DNA of 51,504 nt from the NCBI RefSeq assembly GCF_001194135.2, contig NC_068987.1:55594698-55646201 (forward strand), written 5' to 3'. Below are positions 49,728 to 51,504 of the stretch, piece by piece. The translations under genes and the position numbers were made by a program. Position 1 is the first letter of the stretch, and each line of letters opens with the position of its first letter. A model generated the notes under the pieces. The model was given only the letters and a program-made list of their open reading frames with translations, was not told the DNA's origin and did no database searches. Origin of the DNA: Octopus bimaculoides. Lineage: Eukaryota.

Positions 49728-50318
49728 TTGATTTGCACTGAGCTGCCATGCTGCCGTTTGTCTTCTCCGTTCGGCTGTCAACATCAATACGATATAGTCT
49801 CTCCGCTTGACATCCGGTTTAAATCGCTTATTTAGTTATCTTGATTTCCGTCGTGATGAAGATGCATTCCGCAGTAACTTCCTTTGTAAATCAACAAATC
49901 AAACTCTATTGTTATGCTTCAGTGCAAGTAAAATGTATTTGTTGAACTCTGTTCGTTTAAATGAAGCATTAAATATTTGCATTCAACACGTGAAATTCTC
50001 TTTTATGTGACCAATCTCTTTGTTACAACCGAGGAAATTTTCCCCAGTCTTGCCATCTAAGAAAATATCAAACGTTCAGCAACATTTCATGCATATTATG
50101 GCTAAAAAAAAAATGTTAATGATAGATTTTATATTAGTTTTTGTAAGATTTTTTTTATCCATCTAAATTCTATCTTTTATTTTTTCTTCCCCCGTTTTTG
50201 TTACGGTTCCTCAGATCACAAAACACGAAAGTAAAAATATTTTCTATTAAAATATATAGTCATGGAGTCAAATAATTGTGTACACACATGATAACAGAGA
50301 AATACCTTCATGCATAAT

Positions 50319-50357
<39 letters not shown>

Positions 50358-50597
50358 NNNNNNNNNNNNNNNNNNNNNNNNNNNNNNNNNNNNNNNNNNN
50401 NNNNNNNNNNNNNNNNNNNNNNNNNNNNNNNNNNNNNNNNNNNNNNNNNNNNNNNNNNNNNNNNNNNNNNNNNNNNNNNNNNNNNNNNNNNNNNNNNNNN
50501 NNNNNNNNNNNNNNNNNNNNNNNNNNNNNNNNNNNNNNNNNNNNNNNNNNNNNNNNNNNNNNNNNNNNNNNNNNNNNNNNNNNNNNNNNNNNNNNNN

Positions 50598-50677
<80 letters not shown>

Positions 50678-50894
50678 CAGAAGTAAAAGGAAAGAAACAG
50701 CTGGACAAATGGAATGAGATAACAACTGTATAAACACCTACGCAAAAATAGATTCACAAAACACTCATTTACTCACGCAGTAATAGACACACACGTACAT
50801 GTTTCTCTCTCTCTATCTCTCATTATCTCGTCATATATACATGTATTCATGCATGAATGCATGCACAAACACACATACATTGTTTGTAATTTAG

Positions 50895-51448
50895 ATATAA
50901 GGCCTGGAATTTCGAAAGCAGTACTTAACTGGCACTTTATTATATTGATGCTGGACAAAAGAGTAAGCAACTTTGACCTCAGCGGGATTCGAACTGAAAA
51001 TATAAGAAGTGGAAAAGCTGCCGATTTTAAATTTTGGCGCAAGGCCAGCAATTTTGAGGGAGGGGAAGTCGATTACATTGACCCCAGAGTTCAACTGGTT
51101 CTTATTTTATCGACCGCGAATGATGAGAAGCAAATTGATCTCAACAGAATTTGAAGGCAAAACGTGAAGACGGAAGAAAAGCCGTTAAACATTATATCCG
51201 ATGCGCTAAGGATTCTGCCAGCTCACCACCTGAACCAGAAGGACTATTAATTTCAAATTCTGGATCAGGGGCAGGCATAAATTGACTACACCGACCCCAG
51301 CGTTCAGCTGGGACTTATTTTATCGACTCCGAAAGGATGAAAGGCAAAGTCGACCTCGGTGAAATTTGAAGTTAGAACGCAAAGATGGGCGAAATGCCAC
51401 TAAGCATCTTGCCCCACGTGATAACGATTCTGCCAGCTCACCGCCTTA
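50895..51448 (-). mobile_element. Three head-to-tail degenerate copies of the ~210-bp SINE
   Basis: Blocks at about 50895-51005, 51020-51232 and 51245-51448; the last two end in gattctgccagctcacc(a/g)cc. Confidence 0.8.
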
Positions 51449-51504
51449 ACCGTAAGAAATATACATCCATATATACATACATATGTGTGTATATATATAT
51501 ATAT

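Noticed and set aside
50180-50220. Minus-strand CTGAGGA-a-CCGT-aacaaaa-ACGG as a hammerhead
   Set aside because: No GAAA box in register and no NUH or stem I partner.

Overview
Eukaryotic, AT-rich, microsatellite-dense window with about 7.6 kb of N gaps. The SINE families, compound microsatellites and transposon content resemble a cephalopod (Octopus-like) genome; this is inferred from recalled repeat families, not a database hit. I find no confident host protein-coding gene; most ORF-track entries are microsatellite or N-gap artefacts. The window is mostly decayed mobile DNA: a long Penelope-like element (PLE; RT + GIY-YIG, 40.4-42.7 kb, minus) and a second GIY-YIG fragment, four mariner remnants (one with both TIRs and TA TSD), a Chapaev3-type element with TTA TSD, Tigger/pogo, hAT, R4/Dong and probable Helitron (23-aa STPR-like repeat) remnants, MITEs and many tRNA-derived SINEs. 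The most notable signal is non-coding: about 15 hammerhead-ribozyme-like motifs read by eye on both strands. One is nearly canonical (24062-24146, minus). In two clear and two weaker cases the core lies inside a long inverted repeat, suggesting a fold-back ribozyme-bearing element class. No ribozyme activity is shown; all calls are manual.
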